The notes beneath the pieces were generated by a model that had not been told where the DNA came from, searched no databases, and worked only from the letters and a program-made list of their open reading frames with translations. The position numbers and the translations under genes are program-made. This document shows positions 10,927 through 21,125 of a DNA stretch of 64,000 nt, piece by piece; the stretch's first letter is position 1; every line of letters starts with the position of its first letter. Origin of the DNA: Candidatus Latescibacterota bacterium (GTDB taxonomy: Bacteria > Latescibacterota > UBA2968 > GCA-2709665); the NCBI GenBank assembly GCA_965203805.1, contig OZ241917.1, positions 384,001 through 448,000 of the forward strand, read 5' to 3'.

Positions 10927-11700
10927 GTGTTTCTCGCGATAGACATCGGGAATTCCAGTATCGGCTGCGCCGTATTCGACGGCAGCGGCATGCGGACTCG
11001 CTGGTTCATGGATACGGATACCGGGCTGAGCAGCGCGGACTACACGTCGCGCCTCGACACGGGGTTCGAACAGGCGGGCATTGAAATCCGGGCGCTGGAC
11101 GGGGCGATCGCGTCGTCGGTGGTTCGTGGCATGACACCCGTGATGAGCCGGGCGGTCCGGGCGCTGTCCGGGCGCCGGCTGATCGAGGCCGATCCCGGAA
11201 CCGATCCCGGAATCGACATCGCGGCGCCCCGGCCCGAGGCCGTGGGCGTCGACCGGCTTCTGGCGGCAGGGGCGGCTTTCCGGCGGGTCCGCGGCGCCGC
11301 CATTGTGGTCGATGCCGGAACCGCTCTCACGGTCGATCTGGTCTCAGCCGGAGGGTGCTTCCTGGGCGGCACGATCGCGCCGGGCCTGAGGGCCATGGCG
11401 AATGTGCTCTCGTCGGGGACCAGTTTGCTGCCGGAGGTGAAACTCGAAGCGCCGCCATCTGCGTTGGGGCGGGATACACGGGAGTGCATTCGGGCGGGGG
11501 TGGTTTTCGGGGCAGCCGGAGCCGTAGACCGTTTGGTGGAAGAACTGATTGCCGCCGTGGACGCGGCGCCGCGTGTCCTCCTCACCGGCGGAGACGCGCC
11601 GTTCCTCTCGCCTTATCTGAGATCGCCGCACGATTCCGAGCCGGACCTCGTGCTGCATGGATTGGCATACGCGTTCAGGAGACGGAATCACGCCAGGTAG
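10927..11700 (+). CDS. coaX: Type III pantothenate kinase
   Basis: DIGNS, GVDR, VDAGTALT, GG.IAPG, LTGGD; follows birA. Confidence 0.95.
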   Translation: MFLAIDIGNSSIGCAVFDGSGMRTRWFMDTDTGLSSADYTSRLDTGFEQAGIEIRALDGAIASSVVRGMTPVMSRAVRALSGRRLIEADPGTDPGIDIAAPRPEAVGVDRLLAAGAAFRRVRGAAIVVDAGTALTVDLVSAGGCFLGGTIAPGLRAMANVLSSGTSLLPEVKLEAPPSALGRDTRECIRAGVVFGAAGAVDRLVEELIAAVDAAPRVLLTGGDAPFLSPYLRSPHDSEPDLVLHGLAYAFRRRNHAR

Positions 11701-11805
11701 GATCGAGCCAGGACCGAAAAATCATACAAATCCCGCGAACGGCGACGCCTGTAGCGGGATTTTTGCGTACGCATACGTTGGAACGCACCGTTTTTCCGCG
11801 CCCGT

Positions 11806-12645
11806 CTATGAATTCGCGCTCCAATCGGATTCCGAGCCAGCCGACTCGACCAGGGATTTCAGGGTTCTCAGGTTGCGTTCCGCGGTCGATACCGCGTCTT
11901 CCAACGGAGGCGTCTCAAAGACGAGCGGGCCGCTGTATTCCACGTCGACCAACGCTTTCAGGCAGGCCTTGAGGTCGATGTCGCCTTCGCCGACGTAACA
12001 CGGCGTCCTGTCTTTTCGCGGGTCTTTGATGTGGACCTGTACGATCCGGTCGCCCAGGCAGTGGATATCGGTGACCGAGTTGCTGCCGAGCATCTGCGCG
12101 TTGCCGACGTCGAAGTAAGCCCCCACGTACGGATTGTCCACCGCTTCGATCAGTTCCCGCATCTGTTCACCGGTAACGACGTGGCTGCGCCCCACGTTTT
12201 CCAGGCCGATGTAGATGCCCATGCCGGCCGCCTGCGCGGCGACGGCCCTGCTCTCGTACGCCCAACGATGGGCGGCTTCTTCGGCGGGCAACGCCAGCGG
12301 ATTGGTGACGGGGATGAGTATGGTGCCGATGCCCAAAGCCTTGCAGGCGTGTATGGCGTGAAACGCGATCTGTTTGGCCATGAAGCGGTTCGCGACGTCC
12401 GGGTCTGCAAAGGAATACTGCCAGAACGTGTGCAGGCAGAGGGAGAAGATGGGTATGCCCGCGGATTCGGCGCGCTGCCCCAGGGCTTCGATCCCTCCCT
12501 CAATCCAGAGGTCTGAGGCGCGATAGGTGTTGCCCCGGATGCCCAGTTCGACGCCGTCGTAGCCGAGCGCTTTCGCTTTCGGGAACACATCCACCCAGTC
12601 CGAACGAAGAACGTCTTCCAGAATACCGAATTTGAACCGGTTCAT
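11806..12645 (-). CDS. Sugar phosphate isomerase/epimerase (xylose isomerase-like TIM barrel)
   Basis: GYDGVEL, LENV, DVGN, VHIKD, FET. Confidence 0.88.
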   Translation of the reverse strand: MNRFKFGILEDVLRSDWVDVFPKAKALGYDGVELGIRGNTYRASDLWIEGGIEALGQRAESAGIPIFSLCLHTFWQYSFADPDVANRFMAKQIAFHAIHACKALGIGTILIPVTNPLALPAEEAAHRWAYESRAVAAQAAGMGIYIGLENVGRSHVVTGEQMRELIEAVDNPYVGAYFDVGNAQMLGSNSVTDIHCLGDRIVQVHIKDPRKDRTPCYVGEGDIDLKACLKALVDVEYSGPLVFETPPLEDAVSTAERNLRTLKSLVESAGSESDWSANS

Positions 12646-13003
12646 TGCTTCCTTTCAGTTATCGATCGATCCATTTTCCGAAGAGATCCAACGTCCGTTA
12701 TACGAGGTGACGTGGTCCGCGGATCGCGCGCGGGGACCGCGGTTCGCCAAACCTCGACTCGTAGCAGACGGAACGGACCACGGAGTGGTCCGGACCGTGC
12801 GACGCCACTGTGTTTCGCTAAAGTACAAAAGGTCCGGAGTCCTGTCAACAGGATCGTGAATTTGCATAAGTCCGGTGTCTCGCGGCCTCTTCCACCGTCC
12901 TTTGTTGCCCGTTTGGCGTGAAGGCGGGTTCGCGTACGCGCCGGACGGATTTCCGGTGGCGCCGCCGGGACCGGCTACCGGCATCGGGAGACGTTCATTC
13001 GGT

Positions 13004-13032
13004 TTGACATCGGGTGGCGGCCGGGGTATTAT
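13004..13032 (+). promoter_or_regulatory. Sigma70-type promoter
   Basis: TTGACA-17 bp-TATTAT, 26 nt before the CDS at 13059. Confidence 0.6.
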
Positions 13033-13058
13033 AGTTCGATTTCTGCGGAGGCCCGACA

Positions 13059-13841
13059 ATGAAGACTGCACTGTGTACCATTGCCTTTAAAGACCGGCCG
13101 TTCAAGGACGTCCTGGATCTCGCGGTCCGGGCCGGTTTCGACGGCGTCGAACCATGGGGCAAACCGGACCACATGCCCGGCAGCTATAGCGCGTCCGACA
13201 ACCGGCGCATTGCCGCGGCGATTCGGGCGAGAGGGCTGGAGGTGTCGCAATACGGGTCCTACATCAATCCGGTCGCCGGCGATTTTGCGCGTGAGGTGTC
13301 GGAAGGGTTGGACACCGCATCGGATCTGGGGACGGAGACGATCCGCGTGTGGGCCGGGTCCTGCGGCTCGGCGGAAGCGACGGATGAGGACTGGCGGACC
13401 GCGATCCGGGGATTCCGCCGTTTCGCAGACATGGCGGCGGACCGGGGGATGCGTCTGGCCGTGGAGATGCATCTGGGGTACCTGTCCGATACCGCGTGGG
13501 GCAGCCTGCGCCTGGTCGAAGGCGTGGACCGGCCCAATTTTCTGCTGAATTTCCAGCCGATGTATACGGACGGCGCCGACCGGGTGATTTCGGTGGCGCG
13601 GCAGGTTGCGCCTCGGGTGGTTACGGTGCACGCGCAAAACTATACCGCTCCCGGGCGGAACGAACGCAGCCTGATTTCCGCGGGTTACGTGGACTATCCC
13701 GCGGTCGTCGGGGAACTCTCGGCGGCGGGTTTCGACGGATTTCTGGAGGTCGAGTTTGTCAGGGACGACGACCCCGAGGCCGCGCTGATGGCGGATGCCG
13801 CGTTTCTGCGCGTGTTGTGTGGGAAAACGGATGCAAAGTGA
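13059..13841 (+). CDS. Sugar phosphate isomerase/epimerase
   Basis: GFDGVE, IRVWAG, VEMH, LEVEF. Confidence 0.85.
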   Translation: MKTALCTIAFKDRPFKDVLDLAVRAGFDGVEPWGKPDHMPGSYSASDNRRIAAAIRARGLEVSQYGSYINPVAGDFAREVSEGLDTASDLGTETIRVWAGSCGSAEATDEDWRTAIRGFRRFADMAADRGMRLAVEMHLGYLSDTAWGSLRLVEGVDRPNFLLNFQPMYTDGADRVISVARQVAPRVVTVHAQNYTAPGRNERSLISAGYVDYPAVVGELSAAGFDGFLEVEFVRDDDPEAALMADAAFLRVLCGKTDAK

Positions 13842-13865
13842 GCTTCCATAACAGGAGGTCGGTCA

Positions 13866-14621
13866 ATGGAATATCTGCTGGCGGGTCTTGCGTTTGTCTT
13901 GGTTTTGTTGACGGTGGATGCTGCATTTGCCGGAGGTCGACCGAGCTATACCATCTACCGGGCCGGGACCCCGATTGCGGTCGACGGTCGGCTGGACGAG
14001 CCCGCGTGGGTGGCTGCGCCCGACGTAGGCGCATTCGTGTTCCCGTGGTACAGCGACGGCAGGCAGGAACAGACGGTGGCAAAGATGCTCTGGGACGAGA
14101 CGCATCTCTACGTGGCATATATCTGCGAAGACTCCCACATCTGGGCGGACCACACCGAGCGCAACAGCGACGTGTACGACGACGACTGCGTGGAGGTGTT
14201 TACGGCGCCGGATCCGGATCTGCCGCACGTCTACTTCAATATCGAAATGAATGTGCTGAGTATTTTTCTGGACCGGTTCAATCCCAGGGGTGCGGGCGAA
14301 GTCGTCGATACGGGATGGCGGGTGCAGGGACTTCAGGTTTCGACGTTTATCTCGGGCACGTTGAACGACGACACGGATACCGATTCGTACTGGGTCCTCG
14401 AGGCGGCCATTCCGTTCGAGAATTTCGCCGGCGTCGCGAAGAACACGCCCCCCACGCCGGGCGACGTCTGGCACCTGAACCTGAACCGGCTTGGCGGCAG
14501 AACCAACGCGCAGTTCAGCCAGTGGTCCGCCAGCCGGACGCCCGAGCCGCAGTTCCACGCGCCGGATGATTTCGGCCGGGTCACGTTCTCCGATGCGGCG
14601 AGTCCGTTCTGGAAACGATAG
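13866..14621 (+). CDS. Carbohydrate-binding family 9 (CBM9/DOMON-like) secreted protein
   Basis: IAVDGRLDEPAW, LWDETHLYV, DCVEVF, EAAIPF. Confidence 0.82.
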   Translation: MEYLLAGLAFVLVLLTVDAAFAGGRPSYTIYRAGTPIAVDGRLDEPAWVAAPDVGAFVFPWYSDGRQEQTVAKMLWDETHLYVAYICEDSHIWADHTERNSDVYDDDCVEVFTAPDPDLPHVYFNIEMNVLSIFLDRFNPRGAGEVVDTGWRVQGLQVSTFISGTLNDDTDTDSYWVLEAAIPFENFAGVAKNTPPTPGDVWHLNLNRLGGRTNAQFSQWSASRTPEPQFHAPDDFGRVTFSDAASPFWKR

Positions 14622-14687
14622 CGAATGAATGGCGCGGTCAGGCTACCGGCAGGAAGCCGAATCCGGAGTTAAAGAGGAGAACGCTCG

Positions 14688-15731
14688 ATGGCTGACGGGA
14701 GCGATGCAGTAGGCTTTCATCGGGACGCACTGGTGATCGATTCACACAACGACGCGATTGTCAATCATATTCGCCGGGGGAATCTGGGGTTTTCAGGCAA
14801 TCCGCCAACGGACGGGGATCGACGGAACGGAACGGTCGCGTATTTCAGAGGGCGTCTGGACCGGCAGGCCCTGGAAGCACCGGTACAGATCGATTTTGTC
14901 AAGATGCGCGAGGGGGGCCTGGACGCCGCGTTCTTCGCCGTGGACGTAACCCTCGCCCTGAAGAACCATCTGACCTATGCGCTCGACGCCGCAGGGTTCT
15001 TCGACTCTGAACTGGCAGCACACGGAGCCGAAGTGGTCCTGGCGAAGTCCGCCGGAGACATTGTGCGCGCAAAACAGGAAGGCAAACTGGCGGTCGTGCT
15101 GGCGATCGAGAACAGCGACGGGGTGGAGGGAAGCGTGAACGTGCTGCGCATGCTGCACCGGATCGGCGTCCGTTCGATCGGCCTGACGCACGATGTCAGC
15201 AGTCTGGCCGCGGACGGCAATGCCGAGGCGCGAAGCCGCGGCGGACTGACGCGCTTCGGCGTTCGGCTCGTGGAGGAGATGAACGGCCTCGGCATGCTGG
15301 TGGACGTGTCCCACGTCAGCGAGGCCGGGTTCTGGGACGTGATGGACGTCGCACGAAAACCGGTGATCGCGTCGCACAGCAACTGCAAGGCGTTGTGCGA
15401 CCACCCGAGGAACCTGAGTAACGAACAGATCAGGGCGCTTGCGAAGAACGGAGGGACGATGGGCGTGACGTTCGTGCCGCGTTTCGTGGATTCGACAAGG
15501 CCCACGCTACCGCGTCTCCTCGACCACGTGGACCATGCCGTGCAGTTGGCGGGCGTGGAGCACGTAGGCATCGGTTCGGATTTCGACGGCGGCGGCACGC
15601 TGCTGGACGATGCGACGTCATTTCCCCGAATTACCGAGGGATTGCTGGCCAGGGGTTTTTCGGCGGTCGATGTTCGAAAGATCCTCGGCAAGAATCATCT
15701 GAGGGTGATGAGCGAAGCCATCGGTAGCTGA
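14688..15731 (+). CDS. Membrane dipeptidase family (M19)
   Basis: DSHND, DVSH, SHSN, HPRN, GSDFDG. Confidence 0.93.
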   Translation: MADGSDAVGFHRDALVIDSHNDAIVNHIRRGNLGFSGNPPTDGDRRNGTVAYFRGRLDRQALEAPVQIDFVKMREGGLDAAFFAVDVTLALKNHLTYALDAAGFFDSELAAHGAEVVLAKSAGDIVRAKQEGKLAVVLAIENSDGVEGSVNVLRMLHRIGVRSIGLTHDVSSLAADGNAEARSRGGLTRFGVRLVEEMNGLGMLVDVSHVSEAGFWDVMDVARKPVIASHSNCKALCDHPRNLSNEQIRALAKNGGTMGVTFVPRFVDSTRPTLPRLLDHVDHAVQLAGVEHVGIGSDFDGGGTLLDDATSFPRITEGLLARGFSAVDVRKILGKNHLRVMSEAIGS

Positions 15732-15810
15732 ATGCACCCCATGACCGTGGGACTGGGCCAGCGAGCAGATTGCGCTCGGGTGTTTCACGACGGGTCCCGT
15801 CGGCGTGCCG

Positions 15811-16680
15811 CTACCCGATGGACGGCACGTCGATTTTCTTTTTCCGGTCGATGGATTTCTCAAGCGCTTCCAGGACGGCAACCGGCATGAGCATCGACTC
15901 GCGCGTTTCGTCGGTAACCCCGGTCTTGAACATGTCGCAGAAGGCCTCTGCGCCGCCCAGGTATGGGTTTTCGTCGTACCCGATCGCGCGGTCGACCCGC
16001 CCCTTTTCGCAGATGACCGACACGTGAAAGGCGCTGTGCCCTTCGGTGAAGAGATTGAGCGTGGAGACGGCGCCGCTGGACGAATACAGAGTGCCGGTAT
16101 GGTTCTTCTCACCCAGGTTGACCTGCGCGTGGGTGACGTCGTTGTCGAGCAGGCGCACGGCCATATCCACCTGGTGGATGCCGTAGAAGAAAACACCGCC
16201 CCACTCGGATTCGATGTCGCACGGTCCGGTCGTGATGACGGAAACAACCCTACCCAGCCCGGCGATGTCCTGCTTGAGCTGGCTGAAGGACGCTTGTCTG
16301 GGCAGCACCGAAAAGGAGCAGACGGGGACATCCAGCTCCGCCGCGCGGTCGAGGAATCGTCTGCCCTCCGAGACGCGGTAGCAGAACGGTTTGTCGACGA
16401 AGACGGGAATACCGGCCTCGATGAGCGGCCAGACCGCGGGCAGATGGTATTTCGCGTCGCGATGATCCACGCACGCGGCGTCCACGTGACCGATCATATC
16501 TTCGGGGTTTTCGACGATATTCGGAATCTGTCCCCGATCCTGGGCGTCTTTGGCGTACCGGGCGGCTTCACCCCAGACGTGGGTGACGCGGCAGCCCGGT
16601 ACTTTTTTGTCGATGTTCAACGTTTTCGAGATGGCGACGGTGTGGCTGTTTTCCGCGCCGACGATTCCTATATTGAGCAT
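15811..16680 (-). CDS. Gfo/Idh/MocA oxidoreductase
   Basis: IGIVG, FVDKP, FYGIH; start MLNIGIV. Confidence 0.85.
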   Translation of the reverse strand: MLNIGIVGAENSHTVAISKTLNIDKKVPGCRVTHVWGEAARYAKDAQDRGQIPNIVENPEDMIGHVDAACVDHRDAKYHLPAVWPLIEAGIPVFVDKPFCYRVSEGRRFLDRAAELDVPVCSFSVLPRQASFSQLKQDIAGLGRVVSVITTGPCDIESEWGGVFFYGIHQVDMAVRLLDNDVTHAQVNLGEKNHTGTLYSSSGAVSTLNLFTEGHSAFHVSVICEKGRVDRAIGYDENPYLGGAEAFCDMFKTGVTDETRESMLMPVAVLEALEKSIDRKKKIDVPSIG

Positions 16681-16759
16681 TCGGGTCCTCCTGATTTGGG
16701 ACTGCGTTCGGGGCGTTCGTTCGTCGACTGACGAAACATCTGTGCTGACGGTCCGGACG

Positions 16760-17959
16760 TCAGGGCCTGGCGGGCGTGCCGTCGGGCAGGCGGGCCTGCG
16801 TCCAGCCGATGATCTCGTCCTGGCAGGGATATCTGGCGGCGAGTTCCTCGTCGACGTCGATTCCGAGGCCGGGTCCGTCGCCGGGAACCATGTAACCGTT
16901 CCTGACTTCCGGGGTTCCGGGGAAGATTTCGTACACGTGTTCGTCAAATCGGCACCACTCCTGGATGCCGAAGTTGGGCGCCCATAGATCCAGGTGCAGA
17001 TTCGCGGCGTGGCCGACGGGCGAAACGTCGCCCGGACCGTGCCACGCGGTGCGGATGCCGTACATGTCCGCAAGAATCGCGACGTTTCGGGCGGGCGTCA
17101 GGCCGCCCATCTGGCTGATGTGCATTCGGACGAAGTCGATCAGCCGGTCCTGCACGAGCGGGGTCCACTCCCGCGGGTGGTTGAAAAGCTCCCCCATGGC
17201 GATGGGCGTGGCGCATTGCCGGCGGATGTTGCGGAACCACTCGAGGTCTTCCGGCGCCAGCGGGTCCTCCAGGAAGAAAAGCTTGAAGGGTTCCGCGTCT
17301 TTCGCGAATTGAACCGCGTCGATCGGCACGAGGCGCTCGTGAACGTCGTGGAGGAGTTCGAGGTGCGCGGCGGTGTTCGCACGGACGTGTCCGATCATGT
17401 CGAGGACCCCGCGAGCGTATTCCCGAGGGTCATAATACGCGCCGTCCTGCGCGCCTTCCGGACCGCGGAGGCGGGACGTCCTGCCGCCGTAACCCCCCAT
17501 CTGAACGCGGATGTGCTGGTAGCCCTGTTCCTGGAATTTCAGGACGTTGGTCAGGACTTCCTCCTTGTCGAGGCCGTCGGCGTGCGCGTAACAGGCCGCG
17601 GCTTCGCGGCATTTGCCGCCCAGGAGCTGGTACACGGGCATGCCGGCGCGTTTGCCCTTGATGTCCCACAGGGCGATGTCGACGCCCGATATCGCGTTGT
17701 TGAGTACCGGTCCGTTGCGCCAGTAACCGTTGACCATATTCATCTGCCAGATGTCTTCGATACGGTCCACGTCCCGGCCGATGAGGAAGGGTTTCAGGTG
17801 TTTCTCGAGGGCGGTGTGGACGGCGCGGAAACGCTGGGTGAACGTGGCGCATCCGAGGCCGTACAGGCCCGGCTCGGACGTCAGGACTTTGACCACGATC
17901 AGGCGCGATCCCGCCGGCTGGGTGAGGACGGTCCTGACGTCGCGGATGGTTACGGGCAC
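16760..17959 (-). CDS. RspA/mannonate dehydratase-like enolase-superfamily enzyme
   Basis: YWRNGPV, LHDVHER, FLEDP, MGEL, WHGPGD. Confidence 0.9.
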   Translation of the reverse strand: MPVTIRDVRTVLTQPAGSRLIVVKVLTSEPGLYGLGCATFTQRFRAVHTALEKHLKPFLIGRDVDRIEDIWQMNMVNGYWRNGPVLNNAISGVDIALWDIKGKRAGMPVYQLLGGKCREAAACYAHADGLDKEEVLTNVLKFQEQGYQHIRVQMGGYGGRTSRLRGPEGAQDGAYYDPREYARGVLDMIGHVRANTAAHLELLHDVHERLVPIDAVQFAKDAEPFKLFFLEDPLAPEDLEWFRNIRRQCATPIAMGELFNHPREWTPLVQDRLIDFVRMHISQMGGLTPARNVAILADMYGIRTAWHGPGDVSPVGHAANLHLDLWAPNFGIQEWCRFDEHVYEIFPGTPEVRNGYMVPGDGPGLGIDVDEELAARYPCQDEIIGWTQARLPDGTPARP

Positions 17960-18119
17960 GAATGACTCCGGGGCAATGAAGATGGACAGGACGTCTAATC
18001 CGCTGTCCGGCCCTCTTTAATAAGGTTTGTACGGTGGAATGTCCACGGATATTTTCAGGCGTGGCCGGGGATCGGCGCCGGGCCGGTCCCGCCTTCGATC
18101 GGTCCGGTCCTGAAGCGGA

Positions 18120-19424
18120 CTACAGCCGTCCTTCTTTCTGCAGGATGTCTCCGGCGATCGCGTAGGTCGTGCCGTGCATACCGATCACCACGAGGCCCAG
18201 GCCCTCGGCCAGGTAACCGCCGGGGTATAAATCGGGTATCGTCGTGGACTCGTAGTTGTGGGGATGCGTGGGCAGTTGGTGCACCTGGAAGCGGTAATTG
18301 TCGTATTTGTCCACCGGACGAAGCGGTGGAAATCCTTCGAAAAGCGAGTAATCCGCGATGCCGCCGATTTCCAGGATGGCGTGGTCGATCTCCAGTGTTT
18401 CTCGGGAGCCATTGCGGCCAAGTGTGGCAATGCCGCTGGAATCCGCCTGCTCGAAACCGAGAACCCGGGTCTCGTAATGAGTATTCAGCCGGGGAGACCG
18501 GCTTTCCATGATATCGGCGATGCGCGCGTAGTAGGGCAGGCCGTCGCGGCTGTCCGATATGAGGCGCCAGTGTCGTTCGAAGGGCTGGCGCATCACGTAG
18601 TGGACCTGTTTGCCGGCGTCGTGCAGTTCGGTCGCGGCCCAATCCGCGGATCGGCCGCCTCCCACGACAAGAATGCGCTCTCCCGGATAGCGTTCGGGTT
18701 GATCGTAGCCCGAGGATACGAACGGGAGGTGTTCGCCCGGCGCTCCGAGTTCGCGCAGAATGCAGCGCTGTCCCGCCGCGTAGACCAGGTACTTGCAGGT
18801 GTAACGACGGGTGACATCCGTACCCGCGGCGCTGGATGTAAGCAGAAAACCGGCGTCGTGGGGCTCGATGCGGGTCACGCATTCGTTTGTGCGAATGCGG
18901 TCGGCGACTTCGAAACGGCCCGGCACGGCGTGGTAGTAGTCGAGGAGGTGACGTTTGGCGATCAGAGCGTTGACGTCGAGATCGACCCCTCGTTCGCGGC
19001 AGTGCCGGTCGAGAGGATGGAAGGCGAATTCCATCCATTGCCCGGGCGACAGCGTGAGCATGTTCTTTGGCACATTGTTCCACACGCCGCCGACCTCTTC
19101 CCGGGTGATGAGCAGGACGTCGACGGGTTCGCGGCGGCGGAACTGCAGGGCGATCTCCCGTTCGCCGCGAAACTTCAATCCGGGATGGTGCAGCAGGCGG
19201 AACAGGTCCACGGGCCGGATGCCTGCGTTCACCACAGCTCTGAAATCGAGGCCGAGCAGCGTGCCGCTTTCGCCGCGAAGGGCGCGGTCGACCTGCTCGT
19301 ACCGATTGCGGAAGAGGTCTCCGCCGCGATAATAAGGATGCCATCCGCCCAGTACAACGGCCAACGGCAGCCCGGCAGGGCCGCCGCCCACGATGATAAC
19401 GGTATGGTGTTCGGGTATGGCCAT
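18120..19424 (-). CDS. FAD/NAD(P)-dependent oxidoreductase, OSGIN-like
   Basis: GGGPAG and VVGGGRSA dinucleotide-binding motifs; GGVW...MLTLSPGQWM. Confidence 0.8.
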   Translation of the reverse strand: MAIPEHHTVIIVGGGPAGLPLAVVLGGWHPYYRGGDLFRNRYEQVDRALRGESGTLLGLDFRAVVNAGIRPVDLFRLLHHPGLKFRGEREIALQFRRREPVDVLLITREEVGGVWNNVPKNMLTLSPGQWMEFAFHPLDRHCRERGVDLDVNALIAKRHLLDYYHAVPGRFEVADRIRTNECVTRIEPHDAGFLLTSSAAGTDVTRRYTCKYLVYAAGQRCILRELGAPGEHLPFVSSGYDQPERYPGERILVVGGGRSADWAATELHDAGKQVHYVMRQPFERHWRLISDSRDGLPYYARIADIMESRSPRLNTHYETRVLGFEQADSSGIATLGRNGSRETLEIDHAILEIGGIADYSLFEGFPPLRPVDKYDNYRFQVHQLPTHPHNYESTTIPDLYPGGYLAEGLGLVVIGMHGTTYAIAGDILQKEGRL

Positions 19425-19504
19425 GGGTTCTCCGGGACTGCGGTCGGTCGGCAGGCCGGTCGCCGCCGGACGTCGTCCGTGGGACGCACACGAAGGTCCG
19501 GACG

Positions 19505-19525
19505 CCTGTCTGCCGGCCAGGCAGG
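19505..19525. repeat. 21-bp palindromic CCTG...CAGG element
   Basis: CCTGTCTGCCGGCCAGGCAGG, exact reverse complement of 49727-49747. Confidence 0.8.
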
Positions 19526-19587
19526 CAGCCCGGATGGACTTTATCAGCAGGCTGTTAAGGTACGGCCCTTTACGAGCGGTGTTGACC

Positions 19588-19616
19588 TTGACTTCAGCCG
19601 TTGAATACCGTATGAT
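19588..19616 (+). promoter_or_regulatory. Sigma70-type promoter
   Basis: TTGACT-17 bp-TATGAT upstream of the aminotransferase operon. Confidence 0.6.
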
Positions 19617-19701
19617 GGGTCACCTGAAAGCGCGGCTGAAAAGTAGATCTGATGCCGTGTGGAGTCAAGCCGAATATCGTCAATGAGACCGGGAGAAGCC
19701 G

Positions 19702-21069
19702 ATGCCGGACGAACGTCAACTGGATGTAGGAGAGATTCGGGCGCAGGACCGCGCGCACGTGTGGCATCCGATGGTACAGCACCGGACTCTGGAACACCGG
19801 GACCTGATGGTGGTCCACAAGGGTAAGGGAACCACGGTCGTGGACGCGGAGGGCCGGGAGTTCCTGGATGCTTACTCGGGCCTCTGGAACGTCAACGTCG
19901 GATACGGCCGCCGGGAGATTGCGGAAGCCGTATATGAACAGATGCTGCAGCTTTCGTATTATCCGCATCTGCACGTCAATCTGCCCGCCGCGAAGCTGGC
20001 ATCCAGGCTGGCTGATCTGCTGCCCGGTGATCTGAACCATCTCTTCTTTTCCAACAGCGGCTCCGAAGCGAACGAGACCGCGCTGAAGATCGCCAGGCAG
20101 TACGGCCGGCAGAAATTTCCGGGCGAGAACCGCTTCAAGGTGATTGCGAGATACCAGGGTTACCACGGTTTCACTTTTGGCGCGATGTCTGCGACGGGAC
20201 AGGTTGCCAGGCGGGCCAGTTTCGAGCCGCTGATGCCTGGCTTTTTGCACGTGAATCCGCCCTGGTCTTTTCGCTTCGGGAATAAACTGACCTATCCCGA
20301 CGGCGGTGTGGCCTGTGCGAACGAGGTCGAAGAGGTCATTGTCCGTGAGGACCCCACAACGGTTGCGGCGGTCATTGCCGAGCCGATCATCGGCGGCGGC
20401 GGTGTGATCGTCCCGCCGGACCGGTACCTGCCGCGCCTTCGTGAAATCTGTGACCGATACGGCGTGCTGCTGATCCTCGACGAAGTGATTACGGGATTCG
20501 GCCGTACCGGCAGACTGTTCGCATCGGAGCACTGGGGTGTGGTCCCGGACATGATGACCATGGCGAAAGGCGTGTCCAGCGGATACCTGCCCCTCGGTGC
20601 ATGCGCGGTGACGCCGGAGGTGTTTGAAACCTTCATGGGCGAACCCGGTGAGCATCGGGAATTCTCCTCGGTATCCACCTACGGCGGTCATCCGGTCTGC
20701 TGTACGGCGGCCCTGGCGAATCTGGACATTCTGACGGCCGAACGACTCTGGGAGAATTCGGCGGAAGTTGGCGCTTACCTTCTGGATGCGCTGGAACGAC
20801 TGGATTCTCCGTTCATCGGCGAAGTGCGGGGCAAGGGACTGATGATCGCCGTCGAACTGGCGGCGGAAAATGGAGACATGCTGGACTCGGACCGTGTCGC
20901 GGCGGTCCAGGCCGGCATCCTTGAACAGGGCGTGATCGTGGGACGCATGAGCCACGTGATGCAAGGCCCGGAGAGTATTTTCTTCCTGGCGCCGCCCCTG
21001 ATCCTGACCCGGCGTGAAGCGGACCGGATTGTGTCGGCGTTCGATACAGGTCTCAAACGCATCTCCTGA
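19702..21069 (+). CDS. Class III PLP-dependent aminotransferase
   Basis: NSGSEANE, GYHG, DEVITGFGRTG, AKGVSSGY. Confidence 0.95.
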   Translation: MPDERQLDVGEIRAQDRAHVWHPMVQHRTLEHRDLMVVHKGKGTTVVDAEGREFLDAYSGLWNVNVGYGRREIAEAVYEQMLQLSYYPHLHVNLPAAKLASRLADLLPGDLNHLFFSNSGSEANETALKIARQYGRQKFPGENRFKVIARYQGYHGFTFGAMSATGQVARRASFEPLMPGFLHVNPPWSFRFGNKLTYPDGGVACANEVEEVIVREDPTTVAAVIAEPIIGGGGVIVPPDRYLPRLREICDRYGVLLILDEVITGFGRTGRLFASEHWGVVPDMMTMAKGVSSGYLPLGACAVTPEVFETFMGEPGEHREFSSVSTYGGHPVCCTAALANLDILTAERLWENSAEVGAYLLDALERLDSPFIGEVRGKGLMIAVELAAENGDMLDSDRVAAVQAGILEQGVIVGRMSHVMQGPESIFFLAPPLILTRREADRIVSAFDTGLKRIS

Positions 21070-21125
21070 CCGAGGACGTTTCGACGAACCACCGCGGACC
21101 ATCCGATACGTCTAGCGGGAGGGCA

